A stretch of 20,000 bases of DNA from Methanopyrus sp. SNP6 (lineage in GTDB: Archaea > JAADCQ01 > Methanopyri > Methanopyrales > Methanopyraceae): NCBI RefSeq assembly GCF_002201895.1, contig NZ_CP019436.1:117456-137455 (forward strand). Direction: 5' to 3'. Each line of letters begins with the position of its first letter. Position 1 is the stretch's first letter. Under the pieces are notes generated by a model. The model made no database searches. It was not told the DNA's origin and worked only from the letters and a program-made list of their open reading frames with translations. Positions 9,455 through 17,470 of this stretch are shown here, piece after piece. The position numbers and the translations under genes are program-made.

Positions 9455-10393
9455 ATGCGGGGTTTTAACTTGCGGCTGGTGGTGTTGTCAGGAGGTACAG
9501 GCACGCCGAAGCTGCTTCGTGGCCTCAGGGATCTCGACGCCGATTTTTCAGTAATAGTTAATACTGGGGAAGACGACGAGATCCTCGGATTGTACGTCTC
9601 TCCCGATGTTGATACTGTCCTGTACACGCTCGCTGGTATAGTCAACGACGAGACGTGGTACGGTATCGGTGGTGACGGGTTCCGTGGGCACGAGTTCTTG
9701 GAAAAGCTGGGAGTGAACGAGCCCTTGAGGATAGGTGACGCCGACCGTGCGCTTAAGCAGTATCGTACGTACTTGATGCGAGAGAAGGGGTTGAAACTCT
9801 CCGAGGCTGTGGACGAAATCCGACGTCGACTTGGTATCAAGTGGAAGGTGTATCCTATGACCGACGACCGTGTTACGACTGTGATCGAGACGGATGAGGG
9901 TGATTTGCATTTTAGGGAGTTCTGGGTCGAGCGTGGTGGTGAGCTCCCCGTACGTGGGGTCAGGTACGAGGGGGCGGAGGAAGCTTCTCCACCGCCCGAT
10001 GCCGTCGACGAGCTCCTGAGGGCCGATGCGGTCGTAATAGGACCGAGCAACCCGGTGACCAGTATTGGTCCCATTTTATCGGTATCTGAGATCCGCCATA
10101 TCGTTCGTGAGAAGTCCATCCTGATCGTGTCCCCGTTCATAGGCAAGGAGCCAGTGAGTGGTCCTGCTGGTAAGCTGATGAGGGCTGTCGGCTTCGAACC
10201 GTCGGTTCGAGGTCTCGTCGAGTATTACCGGGAATGGGGGGTTGAGCCGGATATCCTCGTTATGGATGAGAGGGACGATGTCGAACCGCCGGACGGCTTA
10301 GAGATCGTTCGGACTGACATCGTAATGCGTGATGAAAAGGACTCTGTGAGGTTGGCCCGTGAAGTCCTCAGGGTCTTGGAGGGGTTGGTGTAG
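9455..10393 (+). CDS. cofD: 2-phospho-L-lactate transferase (LPPG:FO transferase), coenzyme F420 biosynthesis
   Basis: N-terminal VVLSGGTGTPKLLRGL signature and ~310 aa length, with CofD-like conservation throughout (GPSNPVTSIGPIL). Confidence 0.9.
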   Translation: MRGFNLRLVVLSGGTGTPKLLRGLRDLDADFSVIVNTGEDDEILGLYVSPDVDTVLYTLAGIVNDETWYGIGGDGFRGHEFLEKLGVNEPLRIGDADRALKQYRTYLMREKGLKLSEAVDEIRRRLGIKWKVYPMTDDRVTTVIETDEGDLHFREFWVERGGELPVRGVRYEGAEEASPPPDAVDELLRADAVVIGPSNPVTSIGPILSVSEIRHIVREKSILIVSPFIGKEPVSGPAGKLMRAVGFEPSVRGLVEYYREWGVEPDILVMDERDDVEPPDGLEIVRTDIVMRDEKDSVRLAREVLRVLEGLV

Positions 10394-10405
10394 AGGGGTA
10401 GCGAG

Positions 10406-11104
10406 ATGTCTCCACGGATCATCGTGCCCGCCGTTATCGCCGTCGCGGTCGGTTGTCTGGCCTATTTGTATCTTCACCCGTCTGAGGGGGTTTCGGAGGT
10501 GCCCATCAAAGCTAGGGTGGAGCTGCCTAAGCCACTGAAGATGGAGATGTCGGTGTCGGAGGCGTTGGAGAAGCGCCGATCGATCCGTGAGTACCGTGAC
10601 GAACCTATAACCCTCAAGGAGCTCTCCACGGTGTTGTGGGCCGCACAAGGGATTACGGATCCGCGCGGCTTCCGAACGGCTCCCAGTGCGGGTGCTTTGT
10701 ACCCGTTGAGGGTATTTGTAGTAGTTCGTAAAGTTGAGGGTTTAGCTCCAGGCATCTACGTGTATGATCCTAAGACCCACACGCTAGGACTCGTCAGGCG
10801 GGGCGATTTCACAGCGGAGTTACAACGAGCGTGTCTGGATCAAGAGTGGGTTGGTCGAGCCGCGGTTGATCTGGTCATCGTCGGGTACGAGCGGGTGCTG
10901 CGTCCCAAGTACGGAGAACGATCGTTTCGGTATATGGCGCTCGAGGCGGGACACGTAGGCCAGAACGTGTACCTCGCGTGCACGGCGTTGGGTCTAGGTA
11001 CAGTCGCCGTCGGAGCGTTCTACGACGATCGAGTTAAGGAGATCTTGGGAATAACCGAAGGTGATGCCGTACCGCTGTACGTCTTCCCGATAGGCCGGAA
11101 ATAG
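10406..11104 (+). CDS. SagB-type / nitroreductase-superfamily oxidoreductase with an N-terminal transmembrane segment
   Basis: Nitroreductase/SagB-type signatures include RRSIREYRDEPITLKELSTVLWAAQG, PSAGALYP, EAGHVGQN and LGLGTVAVGAF. The N-terminal IIVPAVIAVAVGCLAYLYL is hydrophobic. It starts 12 nt after the cofD stop, with GAGGGGT in between. Confidence 0.8.
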   Translation: MSPRIIVPAVIAVAVGCLAYLYLHPSEGVSEVPIKARVELPKPLKMEMSVSEALEKRRSIREYRDEPITLKELSTVLWAAQGITDPRGFRTAPSAGALYPLRVFVVVRKVEGLAPGIYVYDPKTHTLGLVRRGDFTAELQRACLDQEWVGRAAVDLVIVGYERVLRPKYGERSFRYMALEAGHVGQNVYLACTALGLGTVAVGAFYDDRVKEILGITEGDAVPLYVFPIGRK

Positions 11105-11192
11105 CCGGGTCAGCACCCTCGGGACATCTCATCCCGGTCCCGGTCGAGCTGGGGCTAATCCCGCCATCATCCCCGGTAGCGGGTGGTCGGGC

Positions 11193-11783
11193 GTGGGTGT
11201 GGTCGTCAAGGACGTAATAGGGTACGGGCAACTTAAGCTCTTGGTGTTCGAGAACGTGTACTCGCCAGCAGAAGACTCATTCTTGCTCGTCGAGCATCAA
11301 GGAGTGTCCGGATCGGAACGCGTTCTGGACGTAGGGACCGGGTGTGGTATTCAGGGGTTATCTGCGGCCGCGGAAGGGTGCGAAGTGGTGGCGACGGACG
11401 TTAACCCCGCGGCAGTCCACTGTGCAATGTGGAACTCCCGTCTCAACGGTCTAGACGTCGACGTCCGCGAGGGTGATCTATTCGATCCGGTCCTGGGTGA
11501 ACGTTTCGACGTCGTCCTGTTCAACCCGCCTTATCTACCCGGTCGTGAACTGCCTGAAGGTGACCCGATATCCCGGGCAACCGAGGATCCGGTGGTCATT
11601 CGACGCTTCTTGAACGGTCTCCTCCGAGGGGAGATCCTGTGGGATGAAGCCAGGGTCGTCGTGTCCAGTCTGACTCCGGATGAGTGTTTGGAGCCGCTGA
11701 GGCACTTCGAAGTGGAGGTCGTGGCCGAGGAGTCGTTGTTCTTCGAGAGAGTCCGCGTGCTCGCGCTTCGACCTTGTGAGTAA
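11193..11783 (+). CDS. SAM-dependent methyltransferase, HemK/Mtq2-like (NPPY class, putative release-factor glutamine N5-methylase)
   Basis: VYSPAEDSFLL, the SAM motif VLDVGTGCG and the catalytic FNPPYLP. Confidence 0.8.
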   Translation: MGVVVKDVIGYGQLKLLVFENVYSPAEDSFLLVEHQGVSGSERVLDVGTGCGIQGLSAAAEGCEVVATDVNPAAVHCAMWNSRLNGLDVDVREGDLFDPVLGERFDVVLFNPPYLPGRELPEGDPISRATEDPVVIRRFLNGLLRGEILWDEARVVVSSLTPDECLEPLRHFEVEVVAEESLFFERVRVLALRPCE

Positions 11784-11838
11784 TTTGTGCGAACGTTGAT
11801 AATTTGTCGCGGTCTCACCTCCTACGGGGGGATGGACG

Positions 11839-12147
11839 TTGTTCGTGGTCGTTTACTCCACCGCAGGAGACGAAGATGAGGCGAAGCGAATAGCCCGGAA
11901 ATTAGTCGAGGAGGGACTTGCCGCGTGCGTGAATATCTGGCCGATACGGTCCGTGTACGAGTGGGATGGAGAGTTGTGCGAAGACGAAGAGTACGCCCTA
12001 TTAGTCAAGACGACCGCGAAACGCGCAGAAGACGTCGTGGATAAAATCCTCGAGCTGCACTCGTATGAAACTCCAGCTGTACTCATCTTACCGGTGTTCG
12101 GAGGGTTCGAGGGGTTTCTGGAGTGGATCGTAAAGCGTACCGAGTGA
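11839..12147 (+). CDS. cutA: CutA divalent-cation tolerance protein
   Basis: 102 aa with LAACVNIWP...SVYEWDGE...E..LLVKT......V...I.ELHSYETPAV, the typical CutA1 pattern. TTG 11839 or GTG 11845 start. Confidence 0.88.
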   Translation: MFVVVYSTAGDEDEAKRIARKLVEEGLAACVNIWPIRSVYEWDGELCEDEEYALLVKTTAKRAEDVVDKILELHSYETPAVLILPVFGGFEGFLEWIVKRTE

Positions 12148-12159
12148 TCGTCCAACACT

Positions 12160-13503
12160 TTATCCGGACTCCTCGAGCAGTTCTAGCACCAGTTTGAGTT
12201 TTCGTTCGGCTTCCTCGTACGCTCGCTTGACCCTCTCCTTCATTTCTTCGAAGTCCTCAGGATGTTCCTCTCCGATAACACGCTTCACTTTGGTGTACGC
12301 GGCCTCCCGGAACTTCACGTCCAACTCGATTTTCTCGCCGTCCCGCTCGAGGAAGACACCGGAGCCCTCCTCGACGCGTCCTACGATGTCCGCACGCACC
12401 CCAGCACCGTCGAGGACCTCAACGCATCGTTCCGCCACGTCTTCAGGCGCTATCACCATGAGCATGTCCAGGGACAGCCCGAGGTAATCTATACCGAGCT
12501 CGTCGAGCATCTCTAAAACTCGGTCGTTCACGAGGGATCGTATCGCCTCTTCGTTGAATACAAGACGGACGCCTGCGGTCTCCGAGATTTCGGCCGCGTC
12601 ACCGCGGATGCCACCGTTCGTGATGTCGGTCATGGCGTCGACCTTCGAGAGTAGTTTCTCCTTGCGGAGCGCGTTAACCGCACGGACGAAATCAACGTTG
12701 AGGGTTTCCTCGACGACGTCGTAGTAACCGTGGTAGATGGCGGTTGTGGATACAGTACCTCCTCCGGCGCCCTCCGTGAGAACGATCAGATCACCGGGCT
12801 TCGCGTTCCTTCGCGGTGTGAGATCGTCGGGTCGTGCGGTACCGACGCAGGCTACACCGGCGACTAGACGTCGCCCATGCACCATATCCCCGCCGACGCG
12901 TAACGTACTACCGGCGAGTATCGGAACGCCGGTGGCAGCACCTACAGCGGTCACGCCGGCAGTGAAGTCGAAGAGACGACCCACATCCCCGTCGTCCGCT
13001 AAATGTAGATCGACTAAGAGACCGCGAGGACGAGCCCCGTTGACTAGTACGTCCCGCATGGCGGCCCTAGTCGCGTGAAAGCCGGCGAGAAAGGGGAACT
13101 CACTTAGCCGAGAGTGCATGCCGTCGACGGCACTCACTAGGATCACCTCCTCCCGATCTACACGAACTGCGCCCGCATCATCGCGCTCTTCCGGCGATAT
13201 CAGCGCGTTTTCCGACGCCTCGGCTGCGAGCTCCGTGAGCAATTCGTGTACGAAGAAATCACCTTCACCTCGAGATCCCACCCCCATTTCTCCCATACTA
13301 ACTCCCGACTCAGGCGGTCGAAGGATGTCGCCTATCCCTCCGTCTATAGAGTGAGCTCTCCGGACGTATCGCACTTCATCGAGGACCGCGTCCACGAATT
13401 CCATGATTTCGTCCCTTGACCAATCCCGTTTCCATATTTCCACCAGGTCCGCGAGTAGCTCTCGGATTTCGTCCTCGGAGGCCCCTAAATCCATCATGTG
13501 CAT
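12160..13503 (-). CDS. AIR-synthase-related (PurM/SelD/HypE/ThiL superfamily) protein with an extra ~115-aa N-terminal domain; possibly methanogenesis marker 2-like
   Basis: PurM-like N-domain motifs are DDAGAV and VDGMHS...ATRAAMRDVLVNGARP. The C-domain has TDITNGGIRGDAAE. There is no C-terminal Cys, so it is not HypE. The ORF extends to ATG 13638, but the first 45 codons (S/T/P-rich) look non-coding, so I prefer ATG 13503. Confidence 0.72.
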   Translation of the reverse strand: MHMMDLGASEDEIRELLADLVEIWKRDWSRDEIMEFVDAVLDEVRYVRRAHSIDGGIGDILRPPESGVSMGEMGVGSRGEGDFFVHELLTELAAEASENALISPEERDDAGAVRVDREEVILVSAVDGMHSRLSEFPFLAGFHATRAAMRDVLVNGARPRGLLVDLHLADDGDVGRLFDFTAGVTAVGAATGVPILAGSTLRVGGDMVHGRRLVAGVACVGTARPDDLTPRRNAKPGDLIVLTEGAGGGTVSTTAIYHGYYDVVEETLNVDFVRAVNALRKEKLLSKVDAMTDITNGGIRGDAAEISETAGVRLVFNEEAIRSLVNDRVLEMLDELGIDYLGLSLDMLMVIAPEDVAERCVEVLDGAGVRADIVGRVEEGSGVFLERDGEKIELDVKFREAAYTKVKRVIGEEHPEDFEEMKERVKRAYEEAERKLKLVLELLEESG

Positions 13504-13758
13504 GGCCAACCCTTCGAGATCCACCGCTCTGGCACCCCCCGGGTCGGAGCTCACCTCGGTACCGACGCTCGAGGGAGAACCCGAGGGAAGCGTGATGAGG
13601 ACGGATGTTCGAATGGTTAATCGCGGCGCCTTGGGCATTTTTGACTATAGAATCTCCGCTAGCAGTCGAACAGTCGAACCTGGTAATCTAGCGATCGGAG
13701 CGCGGGTCGCTGTTGAGATGGATTGTAGGAGGGGGTTACTACGTAAGACGTGTAACGA

Positions 13759-14295
13759 TCATCTCCTCACACCTGTCAATTCGTCTATCACACGCTCTAG
13801 CGACCACTTCCGGGCATCCTCTGGCAGTTCGGCGGCCTTCTTTAGGATAGGGCCCAGGAGTTCCGCGGCGATCATTCGGAGTGCCCTGGTAACTCGAGGT
13901 TTACCGGTGGAGATGGCCAGTACAGCGTCCCCACACCGGAGTACGGAGGGGAACCGCACTTTCGGTCTCGAGGTGTCGACGCGGTTGACGAGCGACAACT
14001 CCCTTTCCAATCGGGAGTTCAAGTCCGGATCGTCCGTCGCAACCACATAGAGGTCAGCTTCAGGCAAGTCTTCCGGTCCCTCCACCCTCCGACGCACAAA
14101 TTTCACTGGCAAGTCACGGGACCACTCTGGCTCTTCCGGCGCGACGACGGTCACGTCGACTCCGAGATCGATCAGGGTGCGCGCCTTCCGTTCGGCGACG
14201 CGTCCGTCGCCTACGATCACAACCCGCTCAACCCGGACGAACAGTGGTACGTACGGCAAGCTCCGGTCCCCGATCGATCCTCTCGCGGCCCACAC
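13759..14295 (-). CDS. sirC: Precorrin-2 dehydrogenase / siroheme-synthase N-terminal domain protein (sirohydrochlorin formation)
   Basis: LPYVPLFVRVE..VVIVGDGRVAERKARTLIDLGVDVTVVAPE is the CysG-N/SirC Rossmann signature. 178 aa, GTG start. Confidence 0.8.
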   Translation of the reverse strand: MWAARGSIGDRSLPYVPLFVRVERVVIVGDGRVAERKARTLIDLGVDVTVVAPEEPEWSRDLPVKFVRRRVEGPEDLPEADLYVVATDDPDLNSRLERELSLVNRVDTSRPKVRFPSVLRCGDAVLAISTGKPRVTRALRMIAAELLGPILKKAAELPEDARKWSLERVIDELTGVRR

Positions 14296-14376
14296 TTGAA
14301 GCCGCTCGGTCTCTGGTCCGACGTGTCGACTTCTGGCGTAACCCTCTCGACCAGGAGTACTGTAGACGGGACGAGT

Positions 14377-15147
14377 TCACGCGTTCGGAAACTTCCTGTC
14401 CCAACTAGGCTCTTTCAACAATAGCTGGCCATAGACCTCTCGTCGATACTCGGGCGACATTCTGAGCAAATTACGTAGGAGCTCGGGGGAGTCTTTGGTC
14501 TTGACACGGAGCTCCGGATTAAGTCGTGGCGTTCCCACGACCCCGTGAACGTCCACTGGGATGAGACCCAGATATTCGCCTGAAACCAGGTCGAAGGAGG
14601 CGGCGACACCTATCCGGGCGTCCCCGCGGAGTATAGTTCGCTGCATCGCTTCGAAACCGCACACGTACCGTTTCACGCTCGGCTCGACGATCTCGAACCC
14701 TGCCTTTTTTAGGATCTCTTTGAGCTCCGTATCGTATTTCCGGGCCGCCTTACACTTCCGGTGTGGTATAACGACGGTGTTCGAGTGTGGCTCTCGGATC
14801 GGCTCGGGTTCATCGGGTTCAACCTCATCCACGTCGGGAAACAGCTCGAAGACGCGGTCGATCCTACCTTCCGGTCCACCGATTACGAGGACATCGTCTC
14901 CGGGTCGCGCGTCGACTACCTGTGCGACCCAAGGTGTTATGCAGGTGGAGGAGAGGCAGCCTTCTGGTGTCACGGTTCCGGTGATGGCGTTGCCGTTGAC
15001 GCTGACCCGGAACCCGACGAGCCGTTTGAGCTCGAAATGTAAGTGCATAGGGGCGTGTCCGGTCCTGAAGACGTAGATGCGGTCCGGATCACCCATGAAC
15101 AGCCACTTGGGGTCTAAGATATCGGTGGCGTCCACGTACACCGTCAA
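14377..15147 (-). CDS. Hypothetical 256-aa protein, last gene of the coupled string
   Basis: It starts 3 nt after the upstream stop. Composition is host-like. No family recognised. Confidence 0.6.
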   Translation of the reverse strand: MTVYVDATDILDPKWLFMGDPDRIYVFRTGHAPMHLHFELKRLVGFRVSVNGNAITGTVTPEGCLSSTCITPWVAQVVDARPGDDVLVIGGPEGRIDRVFELFPDVDEVEPDEPEPIREPHSNTVVIPHRKCKAARKYDTELKEILKKAGFEIVEPSVKRYVCGFEAMQRTILRGDARIGVAASFDLVSGEYLGLIPVDVHGVVGTPRLNPELRVKTKDSPELLRNLLRMSPEYRREVYGQLLLKEPSWDRKFPNA

Positions 15148-15150
15148 CGA

Positions 15151-16227
15151 TCACTCTCCCCGGTCGGTCAAGTACACCGCGGGTCCGTACGCTGGTATCA
15201 TCCGATCGGGGAAGCGCTCCGGATCTCTACCTAGCTGGAACTCGGGCTTCTTCGGGCCCAGGGAGACGATATCTTCCAGCTCGTCCCAATCCATCGGCGA
15301 GACGTTGTGGCAACCGTGACCGCCGTCCCGATAGACGTCCTCGTTCTCGAGTTTGCCTTCCACGAACTCGCGGATCTGCCTCTCGAACTTCTCCGACGAT
15401 AATCTGATAGTGTGATGCTCGTAGACACCGACGACCCTGTCACCGTCGAATAGGAACGCAGTTACGTGCCCAGTCCCGTAGTCGATCACCAGAAGTCTGT
15501 CCGCGTCCGAATCGACTCGCCCGAGCATGGCGATCGGGACCTTCGAGTCCATCGCAACGGCGTCGGCTCCCGCCGATTCCGCTTCCATGTAGGCCGCACG
15601 TAGTCTTGGGAAGTTCTCGGGCGGGACGTCGTCGAACGTCATCCGATCGAGCCTGCAACCGTTCGTCCCGAGATACCGGCGGAACAGCCGCTCGAACCTG
15701 TGCTTCCGGTTAGACTCGTAGTCCGGGTGGTAACCGTGGTCCTGGACGCAAGCCACGATCATCTCTACACCGTCCATGTCGACGTTCGAACGCTGTAGCG
15801 CCTCGAACACATCCGAAACTCGGAAGTCGTACGTTTCGACCACGGGGGAGTCAGGTGGGATCTCCTCGATGGGGTCCTCGACAATATGAAGGTTGGGCAT
15901 CTCCTTCAGCCTGCGCACGTCGTTATGAAGCGTCAGTGCCGCATCAAGCTCCGAGTAAATCTCGGTGCCCCTTTTCATGAGTTCCTTGAACTCGTGAGTG
16001 GTGGGTCCTCCGCCCATCGGAACGCCAACCAATGCCAAGTACCTCGGCGGTTCTCGCAGCATGGAGCGCAACCTCTGGGCTAGCGTCGACACGCGTGAGG
16101 GCCCCACGAATCTCGGTGAATACTCAGGATTTCCAGTGTAAGCCACCACGTCGGTCGTTCCCACTCCCACATCGATGACGATAGTCTTCACTTCATCCTG
16201 GAACGATACGGGTTCCAACGAACTCAT
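15151..16227 (-). CDS. ASKHA-fold (actin/sugar-kinase-like ATPase) protein of unknown function
   Basis: Two phosphate-loop-like motifs are present: VIDVGVGTTDVVAY near the N-terminus and VIDYGTGHVTAFLF near residue 250. Possible families are DUF1786, 'predicted butyrate kinase' or methanogenesis marker 12, which I cannot discriminate by eye. ATG 16227 overlaps the kinase gene by 35 nt. The alternative GTG 16191 lies 1 nt after the upstream stop. Confidence 0.6.
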   Translation of the reverse strand: MSSLEPVSFQDEVKTIVIDVGVGTTDVVAYTGNPEYSPRFVGPSRVSTLAQRLRSMLREPPRYLALVGVPMGGGPTTHEFKELMKRGTEIYSELDAALTLHNDVRRLKEMPNLHIVEDPIEEIPPDSPVVETYDFRVSDVFEALQRSNVDMDGVEMIVACVQDHGYHPDYESNRKHRFERLFRRYLGTNGCRLDRMTFDDVPPENFPRLRAAYMEAESAGADAVAMDSKVPIAMLGRVDSDADRLLVIDYGTGHVTAFLFDGDRVVGVYEHHTIRLSSEKFERQIREFVEGKLENEDVYRDGGHGCHNVSPMDWDELEDIVSLGPKKPEFQLGRDPERFPDRMIPAYGPAVYLTDRGE

Positions 16228-16810
16228 CCCCGCGCATGGCTCTCAGGAGGTTGTCCGGGTTTCCTGCGTGAACGACGCGAAGTTCGAGATCGTACTCTTC
16301 CGCGAGTCGGGGGGCTACGGGATCCAAGGCGGTCCAGTTCCCCTTCAGTTCCCGAGCATCGATCTTGCGGATCAAAGAACCGGGGCACTTCGGATCCTCA
16401 AGGATGCCTGGTACGTCCTTAGCGAACACCACCAGGTTCGCGTCCGCTTCGGCTGCGACGTACACCGAGATAGCATCGGAGGTGACCTCCCACGAATGTG
16501 GCAGAGGATCTTTCATTCTAAGGTAACGGTATGGCAGTAACACCAGCTTATCGCCGAACTCTGGCTCCTCAGTGGTCGGCAGGTCGAGTAGGTCCGAGAG
16601 CAGATACCCGGTCTGGTCCATCGCGGCTATTGCCATCCAATGGGCCGCGTCGTCGGATAGATCCTCGTCTCCGTAGATCTCCCGCACGAGGTTCGCGAAC
16701 CTCCATCCTCCCGGCACCACTAGGAGCTCGCCTTCGAACGCGACGACCGCGTCCCTCACGGCATCGATTTCCTTCACCGCCCCGGTTCCCGCTTTGAGTA
16801 CTACCCTCAC
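16193..16810 (-). CDS. mfnE: Small amino-acid-kinase-family protein (COG2054-like); probable [5-(aminomethyl)furan-3-yl]methyl phosphate kinase
   Basis: 205 aa. The motifs VVPGGWRFANLVRE, HWMAIAAMDQTGYLL and PLPHSWEVTSDAISVYVA match my recollection of the MJ0458/MfnE family. This was not verified by a search. Confidence 0.6.
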   Translation of the reverse strand: MRVVLKAGTGAVKEIDAVRDAVVAFEGELLVVPGGWRFANLVREIYGDEDLSDDAAHWMAIAAMDQTGYLLSDLLDLPTTEEPEFGDKLVLLPYRYLRMKDPLPHSWEVTSDAISVYVAAEADANLVVFAKDVPGILEDPKCPGSLIRKIDARELKGNWTALDPVAPRLAEEYDLELRVVHAGNPDNLLRAMRGDEFVGTRIVPG

Positions 16811-17043
16811 GATTTCAGCATCCCTTCCAGCTTATCCCTAAGGATACGCATGTCGGTGCGTTCCGTCTCAGTCTCTGCTTCCCGCTCGGCCTTTTCGAGG
16901 AACCTGATGACGCATTCCGGATCTTCGCAGCGGTCATACGCCCTCTCGAGTAGTCTGCGCGCTTTCTTGGCGTTCTCAATATAGGGCCGCGCTTCCACGT
17001 AGACCTTTGTCAGTAAGTCCTTCAGTTCCTTCGAGGACGACAT
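16807..17043 (-). CDS. Hypothetical 78-aa helical protein
   Basis: The ATG is preceded by GGTGGTGAAGG. Its stop overlaps the mfnE-like start (ATGA-type 4-nt overlap). Its 5' 68 nt overlap the 3' end of the protease-like ORF in another frame. The protein is charged and helical with a CEDPEC pair. Confidence 0.45.
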   Translation of the reverse strand: MSSSKELKDLLTKVYVEARPYIENAKKARRLLERAYDRCEDPECVIRFLEKAEREAETETERTDMRILRDKLEGMLKS

Positions 17044-17470
17044 CCTTCACCACCCGCACGACCGCGTCGGCGACGCTCTTAGCTTCCGGAGACATCGGGC
17101 CGAATCCCAACTTCACGGGGACGAGTCCTATCAGCAGGCGGATGTCCATCATCTCGTCGGGAGGTAGCCCGTGGGAACCCCTGTCCGGACCTAGTTTCGG
17201 CTTCTCCACCACAACCAGTGTTCCGGGCTCGCGATCGACACACACCGTGTCGACTAGAACTACGGGTTCGCTCGGTGGTCGAAGGCGTTCGAGCCACACG
17301 CCGGCGGCCACGGCTTTGAACTTGTGGGTCTTGAGGGGAGAAAGGCGTCGCGCGACCCAATGCCCGAATCCGTCATCCGCGGCCAATGGATTGCCGAGAC
17401 CGACTAGAACGAATCCTTCTCCCAGCAGTTCTCGGAGGTAGTCTCGGAGTGGTTCCAAGGGTCCGATCAT
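16976..17470 (-). CDS. Hydrogenase maturation endopeptidase-like protein (HycI/FrhD family)
   Basis: The LVGLGNPLAADDGFGHWVARRL signature (GxGNxxxxDDGxG) plus a later His (GSHGLPP). 164 aa from the ATG at 17470, which overlaps the mfnA TGA (ATGA). The 88 upstream codons of the tracked ORF are R/G/P-rich and lie inside mfnA. Confidence 0.75.
   Translation of the reverse strand: MIGPLEPLRDYLRELLGEGFVLVGLGNPLAADDGFGHWVARRLSPLKTHKFKAVAAGVWLERLRPPSEPVVLVDTVCVDREPGTLVVVEKPKLGPDRGSHGLPPDEMMDIRLLIGLVPVKLGFGPMSPEAKSVADAVVRVVKDVVLEGTEGLTDKGLRGSAALY

Noticed and set aside
10328-10334. Canonical C-box-like heptamers inside coding regions (GTGATGA at 10328-10334, and on the minus strand at ~5692-5698) as possible C/D sRNAs.
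   Set aside because: No correctly spaced CTGA D/D' boxes or terminal stems accompany them, and they lie within well-supported coding frames.
12160-13644. Possible selenocysteine recoding or an upstream extension of the SelD-superfamily-like gene.
   Set aside because: The frame upstream of ATG 13638 closes with TAG at 13647-13645, and there is no in-frame TGA. The protein lacks the N-terminal Cys/Sec loop of SelD.
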